Source of the DNA: a virus
Taxonomy: Duplodnaviria; Caudoviricetes
Reading direction: 5' to 3' (one strand)
Length of the DNA: 60,382 nucleotides
Virus record (IMG/VR): IMGVR_UViG_3300020470_001595
Location: 1 to 60,382 of that record
Of this stretch, positions 41,301 through 49,335 are shown piece after piece. The position numbers and the translations under genes were made by a program. The notes beneath the pieces were generated by a model that was not told the DNA's origin, did not search any database, and worked only from the letters and a program-made list of their open reading frames with translations. Position 1 is the stretch's first letter; each line of letters begins with the position of its first letter.

Positions 41301-44300
41301 CTCTGGTATCTTTAGTCAAAAGCACTTCTTCTCTAATTATGAGCAATTAACCTATAAACCAGATTCTAACCTTATTGGTATTGGTGGATCTGCTCTTATC
41401 TACAGTACTGGTGCTGGTGTAACTGGATATTTGCCAGAAACTGTCTATTGCATCAAAGATAATAATCAACAGTACAGAATTGCATTAACAGAAAATGATG
41501 CTATAGCAGGTGCTGCAGTAACCTTTATTGAAAATACTGGTGCTGGTAATAAGCATAGATTCTCTATGAGAAAGAGAGATTCTAAGTCTATGATCTCTAT
41601 TAGTGGTCTTGTACAGAAACCATTATCTTATACCGCAATTAACTATACATTAGAAGAACCTGTTGCAGGATTTGTAACTGCATTTGTTTTGAGTGGTATT
41701 GGTTCTATTAGATCTGGAGATTTACTTAAGATTGAAGATGAATACTCTATTGTAAGAACAGTTGGATTTGGTACTAATAAGATTGGTCCTGTAGTTGGTA
41801 TTGGTACTTGGACTCTTGTAGAGATTGAAAGGGGTGCTGTAGGTACTGCAGCTACTCCACATTCTGCTGGTCAAGATGTTAGACTCTTTAGAGGATCATT
41901 CCAGATCTTAGATAGTCAGGTTCATTTCACACAAGCACCTCTTGGTGGTGACTTAGGTATTATTAATGCGTCTAACTTACCATATGCTAGAGCAAGTTTT
42001 GGTGGAAGAACCTTCTTAAGACAAGATTATAGTAAGAACCAAGTATTTGATGATATTTCTAATAATTTTGATGGGTTAGAAACTACTTATCCATTAACAT
42101 CTATTGGTGTTGCTGTTACTGGTATTGGTTCAACTGGTGGTAATGGTGTATTATTCATTAATAATATCTTCCAAGCACCTTATAGTGAAAATAATACTAA
42201 TTCCAACTTCAAGATTCTAGACAACCCTAGCGCAGGAATTGCTAGTGTAGTGTTTACAGGTATTAGTTCTATTGGATATGAAACGCCTATAATAGACATA
42301 GGAGATGTAAATGAAAACCAGTTACCTAGAGGTGGTATTATTGTTTCTGTTGCTTCTACTCCAGGTAGAGGATATGCTCCATTTGTAGGTGCTAATGTAA
42401 GACCAGTAATTGAAGATGGTGTAATTGTAGATGTTGTTGGTTTCCCTACAGAAGGAAGGCGTGTTGCTATTGAAACTGCATACTATGATAATGTATCTGG
42501 AATTATGGAGGTCAGTACAGTTGGACCTCATAATCTTGATGTAGCTGAAACTGTTTACCTCAATGGACTCCAAATGGAGTGTATTGGTTATAAGCATGTC
42601 TTTAGAAGTGCTACATCCAATGCTCTAATAATGGGTGGTGATTATGTACATACTTGGGCTGGTGGTACTGCTACTAATGCGGTTAATGTTCAAAGTGGTG
42701 CAGAATCAGGTAATCAGAAGAGTCCAAATGGATCTACTTATGACGCAAGTACTGGTGTACTAACACTATCATTTGCTTCTGGTCATGGCATGATGACAGG
42801 TGATACTATTACTCTTGATAATAATTCATTAACATATACTTGCTCTAGAGATAATCATGCTACTCAGCATACTTATCCTCGTAGTACTGATCCAATTAGC
42901 GGTGTAACAACTGGTATAACAACTACTTCAACTACTTCATTTAGTTTAAATGTTGGTATTTCAACTCTAGTTTATGCAGATGTATCTGATGTTAGGTATA
43001 ACGCATTAACAGGTGCGATGACATTATCTATCGGATCTACTGCTGTGGGTCTGGTATATGCTAATAACAATCTTGTAGGACTTGCTACAGGATCAATCAC
43101 AATGAGTTGTGATAAGGATGGATACGCAACAAATCATGCATATCCTAGAATAACTGATCCTTTCCATAATAAGATTGGTTCTGCCACAACTACTGCAGAT
43201 AGTATTACTATCAATGTTGGTAAGTCTGGTCTTGGATATGGAACTACTATTGGAATAACTTCCTTTGTATATGATCATGTTAGTGGTATTGCAACAATTA
43301 TTGCTGATGGTAATCATAACTTTACTGATCCTAATTTGATTGGTATTGCTACAGATGCTTTGACATTTACATGTGATCAAGATGGATATGCAACAAATCA
43401 CACATATCCAAGAGCATCTGATCCTGTAAATGACAAGTTCCTCGAAGTAAGGAATGTCACTGCTAATACTTTTGATGTATTTGTTGGTATTACTACTAAT
43501 GTTGGTTGGACACCTACTAATGCTATCTACGATCCTGTAGCTGGTATTATGACAATGACTATACCTAACCATAATATTATGGCAGGTAAAACCATCAAGA
43601 TTAAGGGTAGTTCACTTGACTTCAAGTGTGCTATGGATGGAAATAGTCAAACTAAGTCTTATCCTAGACCATCTGATCCATACTTCGATACCGCAATTTC
43701 CGTTGCATCTACTACTGCAACTGGTATTGCTATTACTGTTGGTACATCACCTACTGTCAATTATAGTGTCACTACTGCAACTTACACACCTACAACGGGA
43801 TTCCTTGATCTTAATATTGGTCAACATGGATTAGCAGAACAAACTGCAATTAAGTTAGCGACTGGATCACTTATCTTCCGTTGTGCTAATGATAGCTATA
43901 TTTCTTCTCACGCATATCCACGAAATACAATTGATACTCAAACTGTAAATGGCGCAGTTTATGATGCAAATGCTGGCATTATGACTGTTACAGTTGTACC
44001 TGGCGGCAGACTTATTCATGATGGCGATTGGATTAGATTCGATAATGACTCTATTTCCTTCAAGTGCGACATGGATGGCGGTACTTCTACGAAGACTTAT
44101 CCAAGATCATCTGATCCTGTTAGTGGTAAGTGGTTGCCAATAACAGGCATAGGAACCACTTCATTTAGTGTAGAGGTAGGTAAGTCACCTATAGCACCTT
44201 ATAGCATCTCCTCGGCGATCTACGACCCCACTGCTGGCATCGTAACAGCTACTATTGGTGACCATAGTTTCATGACTGGTCAATCTATCCAAATTTCACC

Positions 44301-47300
44301 TGAATCGATGTCATTTAGGTGTGGATTAGACACATATCAAAGTGTTCACAAATATCCAAGATCGAGTGATCCTGGATTCACCACTGCGGTTTCTATTGCT
44401 TCTACTAGCGCAAATACGATTTCTTTCCAAGTTTTAGCGTCACAACCATCCACAAATATTTCAACTCATCATTATGTACCGCATGAAGGACTAACTGCTG
44501 AATCTGGTACGCAGTATGATGGTGGTGTAGGTATCATGACTGTTACCTCTGCTAATCATGGATTAAGTAATGGTGATTATGTTATGTTTGAAACTGGTGC
44601 AGTTTCATTCACTTGTGAGATGGATGATTACAGTACTGTACATGCATATCCTAGAGAAACAGATCCTTATAGCGGTAAGTGGATTAAGGTATCTAATGTA
44701 ACTACCAATACATTCAGAGTGAATGGTATGAAGTCTGGTCTGGATGGACAGTCAGATCATATATTCTCATCTGGTGTAACTGGTGCTATTAAGAGAGCAC
44801 AAGTTCATGGTGGTGGTGCTTATGGTCACACCTTCCAAGCTGCTGGTGTTGGTAGCATGGATCAGAAGCGTGATAGAGCATTTGATCAACCAATTGGTAT
44901 TCATTCTGTTGGATCCAGTTCTCATACAGCAACTAATGCAGTATATGATCCTAATGCTGGTATTATGACTGTAACAGTCGCTGGTCATGGATTTATGAAC
45001 AACGACAGAGTTAAATTTGATGATAATTCAATATCACTTAAGTGCGCTAAGGATCATTACAGAATTCCTCATACATATCCAAGATCTTCCGATCCTATTA
45101 GTGGTAAGTGGGTTTCTATTGCGAGCACAACTGTAGATACATTTGCGGTTGATGTTGGTAAATCTGGTCCTGCTCATCAATTTGCACATACATTTGATAG
45201 TGCAACTACAGGTGGTATTAAGAAACAAACTGGATATATTACACTTCAAGTTGGTGTTTCAACTGATACTAGCAACCATCATTATGATATTGGTGCAGGA
45301 CATGAAGCAACTAACGCTGTAGTTTCTGGTGGAAATTACGCTCATACCTTCCAAGGTGCTACAACTGGAGCAGTTCAGTATGGTGGTGGATATACACATC
45401 AATTTGTTAGTGCTGCTTCTAGCGCACTTTATATTGATTCTTGGACTGGTGCAGCATTAACACCAACAAATGCAACTTATAATCCTGCAACTGGTATTCT
45501 TCAATTTACTGCTGCTAATCATGGATTAGTAAAACCTGAGAACTTTAAGTTAGCAGGTATTGGCGTTACTTGTACATATGGTGCTAAGACTTATCCTAGC
45601 GGTGTTCAAGGATATTATTACACTGTAAGGTCTGTAGGAACTACTACATCCTTTACAACATTCGTTGGTATATCTACATTAGCGCATCCTTATACAGGTG
45701 GTGGTACAGTAAGAGTTGGTTTAACAACTAACATTTACCCTGATTATGATCAACAGCTAGATGTAACTGGTATTGTTTCTACTAGAACATTCAGAGTTAA
45801 TGCTGGTATAAGCACAATCCCACACTCTTATCATAGCGGTGGTACTGCTTCTATCTACTATTGCGAATTAACATATGGATCTGGTTATACTACAGATCTT
45901 GGTACAATAACTGCTATTGGTGTAACTGATCCAGGTAACTCACCTTATGGTATTGGTGCAACAATTACAGCAATTGTTGGTGCTGGTGGTAGTTTGATAT
46001 ACAGTATTGATAATGGTGGATCTGGATATTCTAAGAATACAGTTATTAATTCACCTGCACCAAGCGGAGAATATCTAAGTATTGAAGGTAATTATAGAGT
46101 TGGTCTTGGTAACACTACAGTAACAGGTGTTGGTGCTTCTATTACTGTAGATGTTGTTGGTCTATCTACTCAATATGTTGGATATTCAACTGGACCAGAG
46201 TTCTTGTTAAATGAAATTTCTGCGTGGACTTTATCAAAACCTGGATATGGATTTAGAGTAGGTGATAAATTTGGATTGGTTGGATTATCAACTGACCCTG
46301 ATGCTGGTGATTTATTCAAACCATTTGAGATTGAAGTAACTAATATATTCAATGATGATATTGCTTCATGGCAGTTTGGTAATTTAGATTATATTGATAA
46401 TATTAGACCATTCCAAGACGGTGAAAGATTAAGGTATCCATTGTATTATCAGAATCAATTAATTAGTTTTGAGATTGATAACAATGATGCAGATTCTAGA
46501 CAAATAGATCTTGGACCAGTTCTACTAATATTTGTCAATGGTGTTCTTCAGGAACCAAACAAACATTATACATTTAGAGGTGGAACATCAGTTTCGTTTG
46601 AGACTGCGCCTACTATAGAAGATGATGTGTTCATATTCTTCTATAGAGGAACTGTTGGTACTGATAGTATATTCTTTGATGTTAATGAGATTATTAAGGA
46701 AGGTGATTCTGTAGAACTATTCAAGAGTGCCGATCTTGAACTAAACCAAGTTGCAAAAGACAACACTAACTTAGCTCAAAGAGATCCAAGAATTGTTGTT
46801 AGAATAGCAACAGCGTCTGTTGTTGAAACTCCATTCTATCAAGGAGGAGGAGTCAATAACGACAACTACAAACCAATGAGATGGAATAAGCAGAAAGTCG
46901 ATAGAGTATTTGCTGGTGGATTAGTTTCCAAAGCAAGAGATTCTATGGAAGCACAATTCTATCCAAATGCTAATGTTATTGCTTCTTATGCATCAACTGA
47001 TACTTCACTGTTTGTTGATCATGTAGCAAACTTTAGAGATATTGATGGATTGTTAGATGATGATTTTGGACTTTATGTTTATGGTGTTGGTATTGGTACA
47101 ACTGCACAAGCAGGTGTTAACTGGGAATACTGGAATGATATTGATCCTTTAAATACCGATGTTAAGGGTTATATTGGTTTAGTTACTGGTATTACTACTT
47201 CTACTGGTATTGGTACTGATCTTGGACTTGTTATTCAACTTGATACTAACAATTTAGTTAATTCAGAAAACTCTTCCTTTGTCCAAGACTTTAAAGAAGG

Positions 47301-47703
47301 GTATCCATTTAAACTCTATGGTACAGGTATAACACCTGCTGCTGGAGTTATTACAAGTACTGATACACATGATTCTGATGTTATTGGTATTAGTACATAT
47401 GAAGTGGATAATATATATTATGCATCAGCATTATCATGGGACGGAAGTGCTAGAACAGGTGTTATCACATGTAATATCCATTCTGGAACTGATGTTAGCG
47501 GATTGGTTGGTGTTGGATCAACCTTACATCCTGCAGGAAGAATTACATGGGGACGCTTCTCTTCAGCAATAAGAGATGTCAAGTATCCTCTAAGTTTAAC
47601 TGTTAAGGGACTTGACTATAATCCAGACCTAGATAAGTGGCCAATTGTCCAAAGAAGGAATATTGGTTTGCGTAATACTGGTGCTCTTGGCAAGAAACTT
47701 TAA
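32302..47703 (+). CDS. gp7: Giant baseplate wedge initiator gp7-like protein (5133 aa)
   Basis: Between gp6 and gp8; FLKQYY, LYESKGT.ES..ILF, DNDYYQ.MSY, VHPSG motifs. Confidence 0.8.
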   Translation: MIETYSPLSSRVKTYQIVGEQAPEFTLAENPLFEDFLKQYYVSQEYQGGPVDLAENIDKYIRIDNLTKDVISGSVAIASSIGITDDEIVVDGTTKGFPQEWGLLKIDSEIITYTGVTTNSFTGCVRGFCGIETYHALNDTENLQWTQTAASSHLTGSAVQNLSALFLHEFYDKLKAQYTPGLEGVQLSPELDVNNFVKEARSLYESKGTDESFKILFKALFGLEPKINDLEKYLIKPSYANYLRRESFAVQVISGDANKLVGQTLFQDNEEGNPLVNAASGPISEVVQIRDDYYRISVFIGYDDRDLIQGTFVVPGRTQAVGKVGLGATVITVDSTVGFGQTGVIEVGVDTDDDYMRLDYTEKTINQFIGVTTTTKDIASTKNIFTPTFVYGYEENNLEKPVNMKITGVLSEFDTLQDLYGLSMSSRVNVKNLGRFVTNPLTSKTFEQIFFNSWIYNTSARYRIADLTGSTFTLAGNIDKASLRVGDKIDLLVRNTETVAASPLTVTYVNKTNNSISISGVFTTTPGYEYDVRRIQVKATSTIVPIIGGQNQLLGDVSNTYVLDKKNSESNEQEGFVASNSIPTYPIDTDKIHATLVNPTVSGGSWGGYDTLSNKYTIISFPQDVPFRTGEQIAYVPVGNTVAIGGLDAASYFVEVLSQKNKIKLYPSRSFIPSGISIKFAPPDLTTGIHDFVKVEQARKSIFPGRTLKRFILSQDLTRGKAQQTTSEVTLDGNTGMLINGVEITNYKSDRYIYYGPLKALDLVNAGTGYDVLNPPSISIENSSTGINTAYGRLAIGGTVTGVLIDPVDFEIKKVVSVDVHGGNGYGAKAQGVTELAYRQFTFNAKSFYNGGNIEHADEGNGRFIMNKPHYYKDGDRVIYSSNNNPVVGLTTIAPVGIDTSLVEGQSYYVGVSSATIFKLYRSKADAIAGVNTVGFGTTAANLNTGIHQFRDYNTKRRISRVSILDGGSGYTNKRLSIAPTGVSTFRDFVEFPNHGFKDGEVVHYGISTTPGATAITGLSTNSQYQVLNLDEDKFRLCYSGIATTRTPDKTNYNNKEYVRFTSHGVGYQDFFYPPVTVDVNVITDSDTPVTLNATPVVRGEVTEAILYDKGKDYGSNIINFEKAPAVDINYGDFGQIGITIVNGRIIDAFVQSSGSNYDGPPDITVTGVGSAFGAKIRAVMNGGAISDVIVLSQGVGYAATTTVVSVKAPGDAATFSTRVRSLVANKFNTTGTVNGDYLTPVEGGLAIESVGYGETIRNYLGDDGSGHSPIIGWAYDGIPIYGPYGLSDPDNIQSGSTRLKSSYVLDTTQVENRPSLSDYEAGFFIEDYVYNASGDLDEHNGRFSKTPEFEEGIYAYFATVDNTNTPIFPYYIGNTYRGFPIDVNTVSGKKIKQSNFSFESSKLIRNTFPYNMFGDGVAYDFVYQPYKQIPNVALPDRIEIGGVENLIIASPGTGYTTGSIIRFDNSGTGGTGVNASVSLLEGKTVNKIDTTFKLYEDVVFEWKNQSVIGHFDPSHGLEFDDYVQVAGLSTSVSKLTDSHVISSLNYSTQLLDSTVVGLVTDIKVQFVPSTVSAGATIGFATMTPSTTGIGTTVGIGTETARILNIFGDDNVLRIRRSVATGTTTLTGLGVTFFADEIEIPIITDKFESTPSKKIYFNPTETVGFGTTSGQTITRNYDYLGETKTRSIKTQSIYLENHGLRTNDTLSLTIPAGGATLGLKTDGIGNTFNIPDPCYAVRKTENTIGIKTTKTSNDVYFVSGGTDAYDYLLTYTPDKQVTGSVQKITATVQTAENHELKTDDRIDLIVKPGLSTGIGTTTFATVKIIDNYLIVNPISIDQTGINTTTNRITSYQHNLVTGDKILYYGTNLPDGITQREYYVVAIDENTLQLANTFKETSGTPNVVNITSQGGSGQTINPINPQLRPFRNNDLIFDMSDPTLVGSDLKFYYDKNFFNEFVGSGTSLGFEIVGVSTVSTVGVASTLPVYTNEYHPTIKVKYSETAPKIIYYSLFTPSGISTADGTVFNGSEIKYIDSLYTDNYSIISIGDTTFNLNLQDKPESLYYDSGIADISYTTSSANATGGIASTRITSPGFNYSRLPGISSIGDAGENGVIIAESLKINKLDSLTVPEDVYGYPSDNTLKPDAFVPRVINIDNFGTLEEVNVVYGGKFYITAPALVLFDKGTGDILDNGLITCELSDSAVTSATISVPPIGLSGNDYGIAPVRNSNGLSILNVQAAAGILTCTITTPVLGYVKEPIKIGDKMQIEGVAIDAGSGTGYNSGDYKFASIEVTDYNDAVNPREVTFDLNGISTNPGTGATVAYGFGQLTQEDYIAKFEVIKGSSRFIENEPFKRNNNPIADVALDFIDSNAAKIIVSGAEPLEIDDILIGKLSGSQCRIVGIKEFAGSFNIASSVKTLVGWRDNVGIINDGNQVLPDNDYYQNMSYAIDSPKTYEDLITFVNDIVHPSGLKNFANTEVMALGDPGETNIPAEDAGGLVLDFIGDPLRVDSIYPFDMARDFESQGNISKFVELRNTRLSDFILNKTNRVLNIDDISPKFVSNESNDLSDYRIVATYPAGRFFQRFLTQTVHQAEDPTKNQYQFNEFISVTVDEDTYLLQKNEMKNYDQVGLSTGYVTFDTEYSPAKSETQLIVRPNEPFDTDYEVKSLQTYFSDSIGTGNTAFGHIRLEGGVAQIGAASTLGVSVTGNIFGISTTSSQAGVVQVLVIDNPGPNSPKQVDYLEYAIMHNGVDTYLTELASFNSKQNLSGLSGPNFIGTVTSKIEGGLVKFDFENGRTNTVSVKYKSIIVDPSTVGANNYRFKIPFTPDGTERTGRFEVTSQSKAGISTIVGITSLTDLSVKSTIHVSYGATQSLHQIYMLSDPEKSQTFLTETPLASVGSTTGIGTFGTTYRSDGTYGLEFHPSVAGIVSVTAYNEVLYKVLDPNGSIGGIGEINYGQVYENANQSLYLGINNRNIKSFDLTYQGIPIYARETNIADPSAISYNSGIFSQKHFFSNYEQLTYKPDSNLIGIGGSALIYSTGAGVTGYLPETVYCIKDNNQQYRIALTENDAIAGAAVTFIENTGAGNKHRFSMRKRDSKSMISISGLVQKPLSYTAINYTLEEPVAGFVTAFVLSGIGSIRSGDLLKIEDEYSIVRTVGFGTNKIGPVVGIGTWTLVEIERGAVGTAATPHSAGQDVRLFRGSFQILDSQVHFTQAPLGGDLGIINASNLPYARASFGGRTFLRQDYSKNQVFDDISNNFDGLETTYPLTSIGVAVTGIGSTGGNGVLFINNIFQAPYSENNTNSNFKILDNPSAGIASVVFTGISSIGYETPIIDIGDVNENQLPRGGIIVSVASTPGRGYAPFVGANVRPVIEDGVIVDVVGFPTEGRRVAIETAYYDNVSGIMEVSTVGPHNLDVAETVYLNGLQMECIGYKHVFRSATSNALIMGGDYVHTWAGGTATNAVNVQSGAESGNQKSPNGSTYDASTGVLTLSFASGHGMMTGDTITLDNNSLTYTCSRDNHATQHTYPRSTDPISGVTTGITTTSTTSFSLNVGISTLVYADVSDVRYNALTGAMTLSIGSTAVGLVYANNNLVGLATGSITMSCDKDGYATNHAYPRITDPFHNKIGSATTTADSITINVGKSGLGYGTTIGITSFVYDHVSGIATIIADGNHNFTDPNLIGIATDALTFTCDQDGYATNHTYPRASDPVNDKFLEVRNVTANTFDVFVGITTNVGWTPTNAIYDPVAGIMTMTIPNHNIMAGKTIKIKGSSLDFKCAMDGNSQTKSYPRPSDPYFDTAISVASTTATGIAITVGTSPTVNYSVTTATYTPTTGFLDLNIGQHGLAEQTAIKLATGSLIFRCANDSYISSHAYPRNTIDTQTVNGAVYDANAGIMTVTVVPGGRLIHDGDWIRFDNDSISFKCDMDGGTSTKTYPRSSDPVSGKWLPITGIGTTSFSVEVGKSPIAPYSISSAIYDPTAGIVTATIGDHSFMTGQSIQISPESMSFRCGLDTYQSVHKYPRSSDPGFTTAVSIASTSANTISFQVLASQPSTNISTHHYVPHEGLTAESGTQYDGGVGIMTVTSANHGLSNGDYVMFETGAVSFTCEMDDYSTVHAYPRETDPYSGKWIKVSNVTTNTFRVNGMKSGLDGQSDHIFSSGVTGAIKRAQVHGGGAYGHTFQAAGVGSMDQKRDRAFDQPIGIHSVGSSSHTATNAVYDPNAGIMTVTVAGHGFMNNDRVKFDDNSISLKCAKDHYRIPHTYPRSSDPISGKWVSIASTTVDTFAVDVGKSGPAHQFAHTFDSATTGGIKKQTGYITLQVGVSTDTSNHHYDIGAGHEATNAVVSGGNYAHTFQGATTGAVQYGGGYTHQFVSAASSALYIDSWTGAALTPTNATYNPATGILQFTAANHGLVKPENFKLAGIGVTCTYGAKTYPSGVQGYYYTVRSVGTTTSFTTFVGISTLAHPYTGGGTVRVGLTTNIYPDYDQQLDVTGIVSTRTFRVNAGISTIPHSYHSGGTASIYYCELTYGSGYTTDLGTITAIGVTDPGNSPYGIGATITAIVGAGGSLIYSIDNGGSGYSKNTVINSPAPSGEYLSIEGNYRVGLGNTTVTGVGASITVDVVGLSTQYVGYSTGPEFLLNEISAWTLSKPGYGFRVGDKFGLVGLSTDPDAGDLFKPFEIEVTNIFNDDIASWQFGNLDYIDNIRPFQDGERLRYPLYYQNQLISFEIDNNDADSRQIDLGPVLLIFVNGVLQEPNKHYTFRGGTSVSFETAPTIEDDVFIFFYRGTVGTDSIFFDVNEIIKEGDSVELFKSADLELNQVAKDNTNLAQRDPRIVVRIATASVVETPFYQGGGVNNDNYKPMRWNKQKVDRVFAGGLVSKARDSMEAQFYPNANVIASYASTDTSLFVDHVANFRDIDGLLDDDFGLYVYGVGIGTTAQAGVNWEYWNDIDPLNTDVKGYIGLVTGITTSTGIGTDLGLVIQLDTNNLVNSENSSFVQDFKEGYPFKLYGTGITPAAGVITSTDTHDSDVIGISTYEVDNIYYASALSWDGSARTGVITCNIHSGTDVSGLVGVGSTLHPAGRITWGRFSSAIRDVKYPLSLTVKGLDYNPDLDKWPIVQRRNIGLRNTGALGKKL
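42730..45680 (+). repeat. Tandem ~85-aa domain repeats within gp7
   Basis: Nine YPR motifs (most C..D...(H/K)xYPRxxDP) plus one degenerate copy, each associated with YD/N..xG.xT. Confidence 0.85.
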
Positions 47704-47711
47704 TTTTTCAT

Positions 47712-47719
47712 TATAAATA
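47712..47719 (+). promoter_or_regulatory. T4-type late promoter
   Basis: TATAAATA upstream of gp8. Confidence 0.8.
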
Positions 47720-47753
47720 CCAAAATAGTAAGACCTCACACTAGAACATTGCA

Positions 47754-49331
47754 ATGGCAGCAATTATAACCGATCAGTTTAGGATTATTAACGCTAATAA
47801 CTTCATGGATGATGTTACTAGTGGAAATAACTCTTACTATGCTTTCCTCGGATTAGCAAATCCTACAGTGTCGGGATTCGGAAGAACAGATACTTGGAAT
47901 AGTACCACTATTCAACCACCATCACCTGTTGATAGTATCAATTACAATAACCATGTATATGATACTATGTTATTTGGTAGGAAAGTTTTTCCTGGTGATG
48001 TTAGAAGATTAATTAGAAAGGTTACTTGGACTAAAGGTACATCATATGATATGTACCGTCATGACTATAGTACGACTAATCGTTCTTTAGTTTCCAATTC
48101 AAGTAGACTTTATTCAGCAAACTACTATGTTATGAACAAAGACTATAGAGTCTATGTTTGTATCAATAATGGTTCTGCTGGTATTAGTACTATTGCAAGC
48201 GCATCTCTTGATGAACCAACATTTACTGACCTTGAACCATCTGCTGCTGGTGTAAGTGGTGACACTTATCTTTGGAAATACATGTTCACGGTTCCTCCTG
48301 CGGATATCGTGAAGTTTGACTCCACTGAATATATTGCTGTTCCTAATGAATGGGAAACAACAACTGATGCCGATGTTAAGGTTGTTAGAGAAAATGGAGA
48401 TTCTGAAACAAATAATAATCAGATTAAGGTAGTTTCAATTGATGAAGCTGGGGTAGGATATAATTTCCTATCAAGTCCTATTGAAGTTGATATTATTGGT
48501 GATGGAACTGGAGGTAAAGTTAGGATACTAACGAATACTCAAGGTCAAATCATCTCAGCTCAAGTTACTAGTGGTGGTAGGGGGTATAGTTATGGAAGGG
48601 TTGATCTTTCTTCTATCAACGGTTCTGCTACAAAGTTTGCTAAGCTCACGCCGATTATTCCTCCCTCAAATGGGCATGGATACAATGCATACAAAGAATT
48701 AGGTACTGATAAGGTTCTAATTTATACTAGATTTGACGCATCTTCTTACGATTTTGCTTCTGATACTAGATTTGCACAAGTCGGATTGATTAGAAACCCA
48801 ACTGCAGTTGGTGTTGCTGGTACTAACTACTTACAATCTTCTGAATTTTCAGCATTAAAATCAATTAAGTTTACTGGAGATACTTCACAATCTCTAGGTA
48901 TTGGAACTGCTATTGAGCAGAATATTACAGGAGTTGGTACTGCTAGAGGATATGTTGCTTCTTACGACATTGATACTAAGGTTATTAAGTACTTCCAAGA
49001 TAGAAGTTTAGCTTATAACCAGTCATTATTTGATGCTACTGACAGTTTGGATGTTGCAACACAATCTCCTGTTATTGATTTCCAATCTGGTGCTTCAGCA
49101 AATGCAGTAACTAGTACTTCATTTAGTGTTAATGTGGATTCTACATTTAGTGGTATATCTACAACTACACCTGCTGGTAAGGTAGTTGATCTAGGCGTTC
49201 AGTTCACAAATGGTGTTGCTGACGGTGAAATAAATAAGAGGAGTGGCGAAATAATATATCTTGACAATAGACCTGCTATTTCAAGAAATGTTCGTCAAAA
49301 AGAAGACATCAAAATCGTATTAGAATTCTAA
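47754..49331 (+). CDS. gp8: Baseplate wedge subunit gp8
   Basis: MAAIITDQFR, YRVYVC, YLWKYMFT, SGEIIYLDNR...QKEDIKIVLEF. Confidence 0.92.
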   Translation: MAAIITDQFRIINANNFMDDVTSGNNSYYAFLGLANPTVSGFGRTDTWNSTTIQPPSPVDSINYNNHVYDTMLFGRKVFPGDVRRLIRKVTWTKGTSYDMYRHDYSTTNRSLVSNSSRLYSANYYVMNKDYRVYVCINNGSAGISTIASASLDEPTFTDLEPSAAGVSGDTYLWKYMFTVPPADIVKFDSTEYIAVPNEWETTTDADVKVVRENGDSETNNNQIKVVSIDEAGVGYNFLSSPIEVDIIGDGTGGKVRILTNTQGQIISAQVTSGGRGYSYGRVDLSSINGSATKFAKLTPIIPPSNGHGYNAYKELGTDKVLIYTRFDASSYDFASDTRFAQVGLIRNPTAVGVAGTNYLQSSEFSALKSIKFTGDTSQSLGIGTAIEQNITGVGTARGYVASYDIDTKVIKYFQDRSLAYNQSLFDATDSLDVATQSPVIDFQSGASANAVTSTSFSVNVDSTFSGISTTTPAGKVVDLGVQFTNGVADGEINKRSGEIIYLDNRPAISRNVRQKEDIKIVLEF

Positions 49332-49335
49332 ACCG

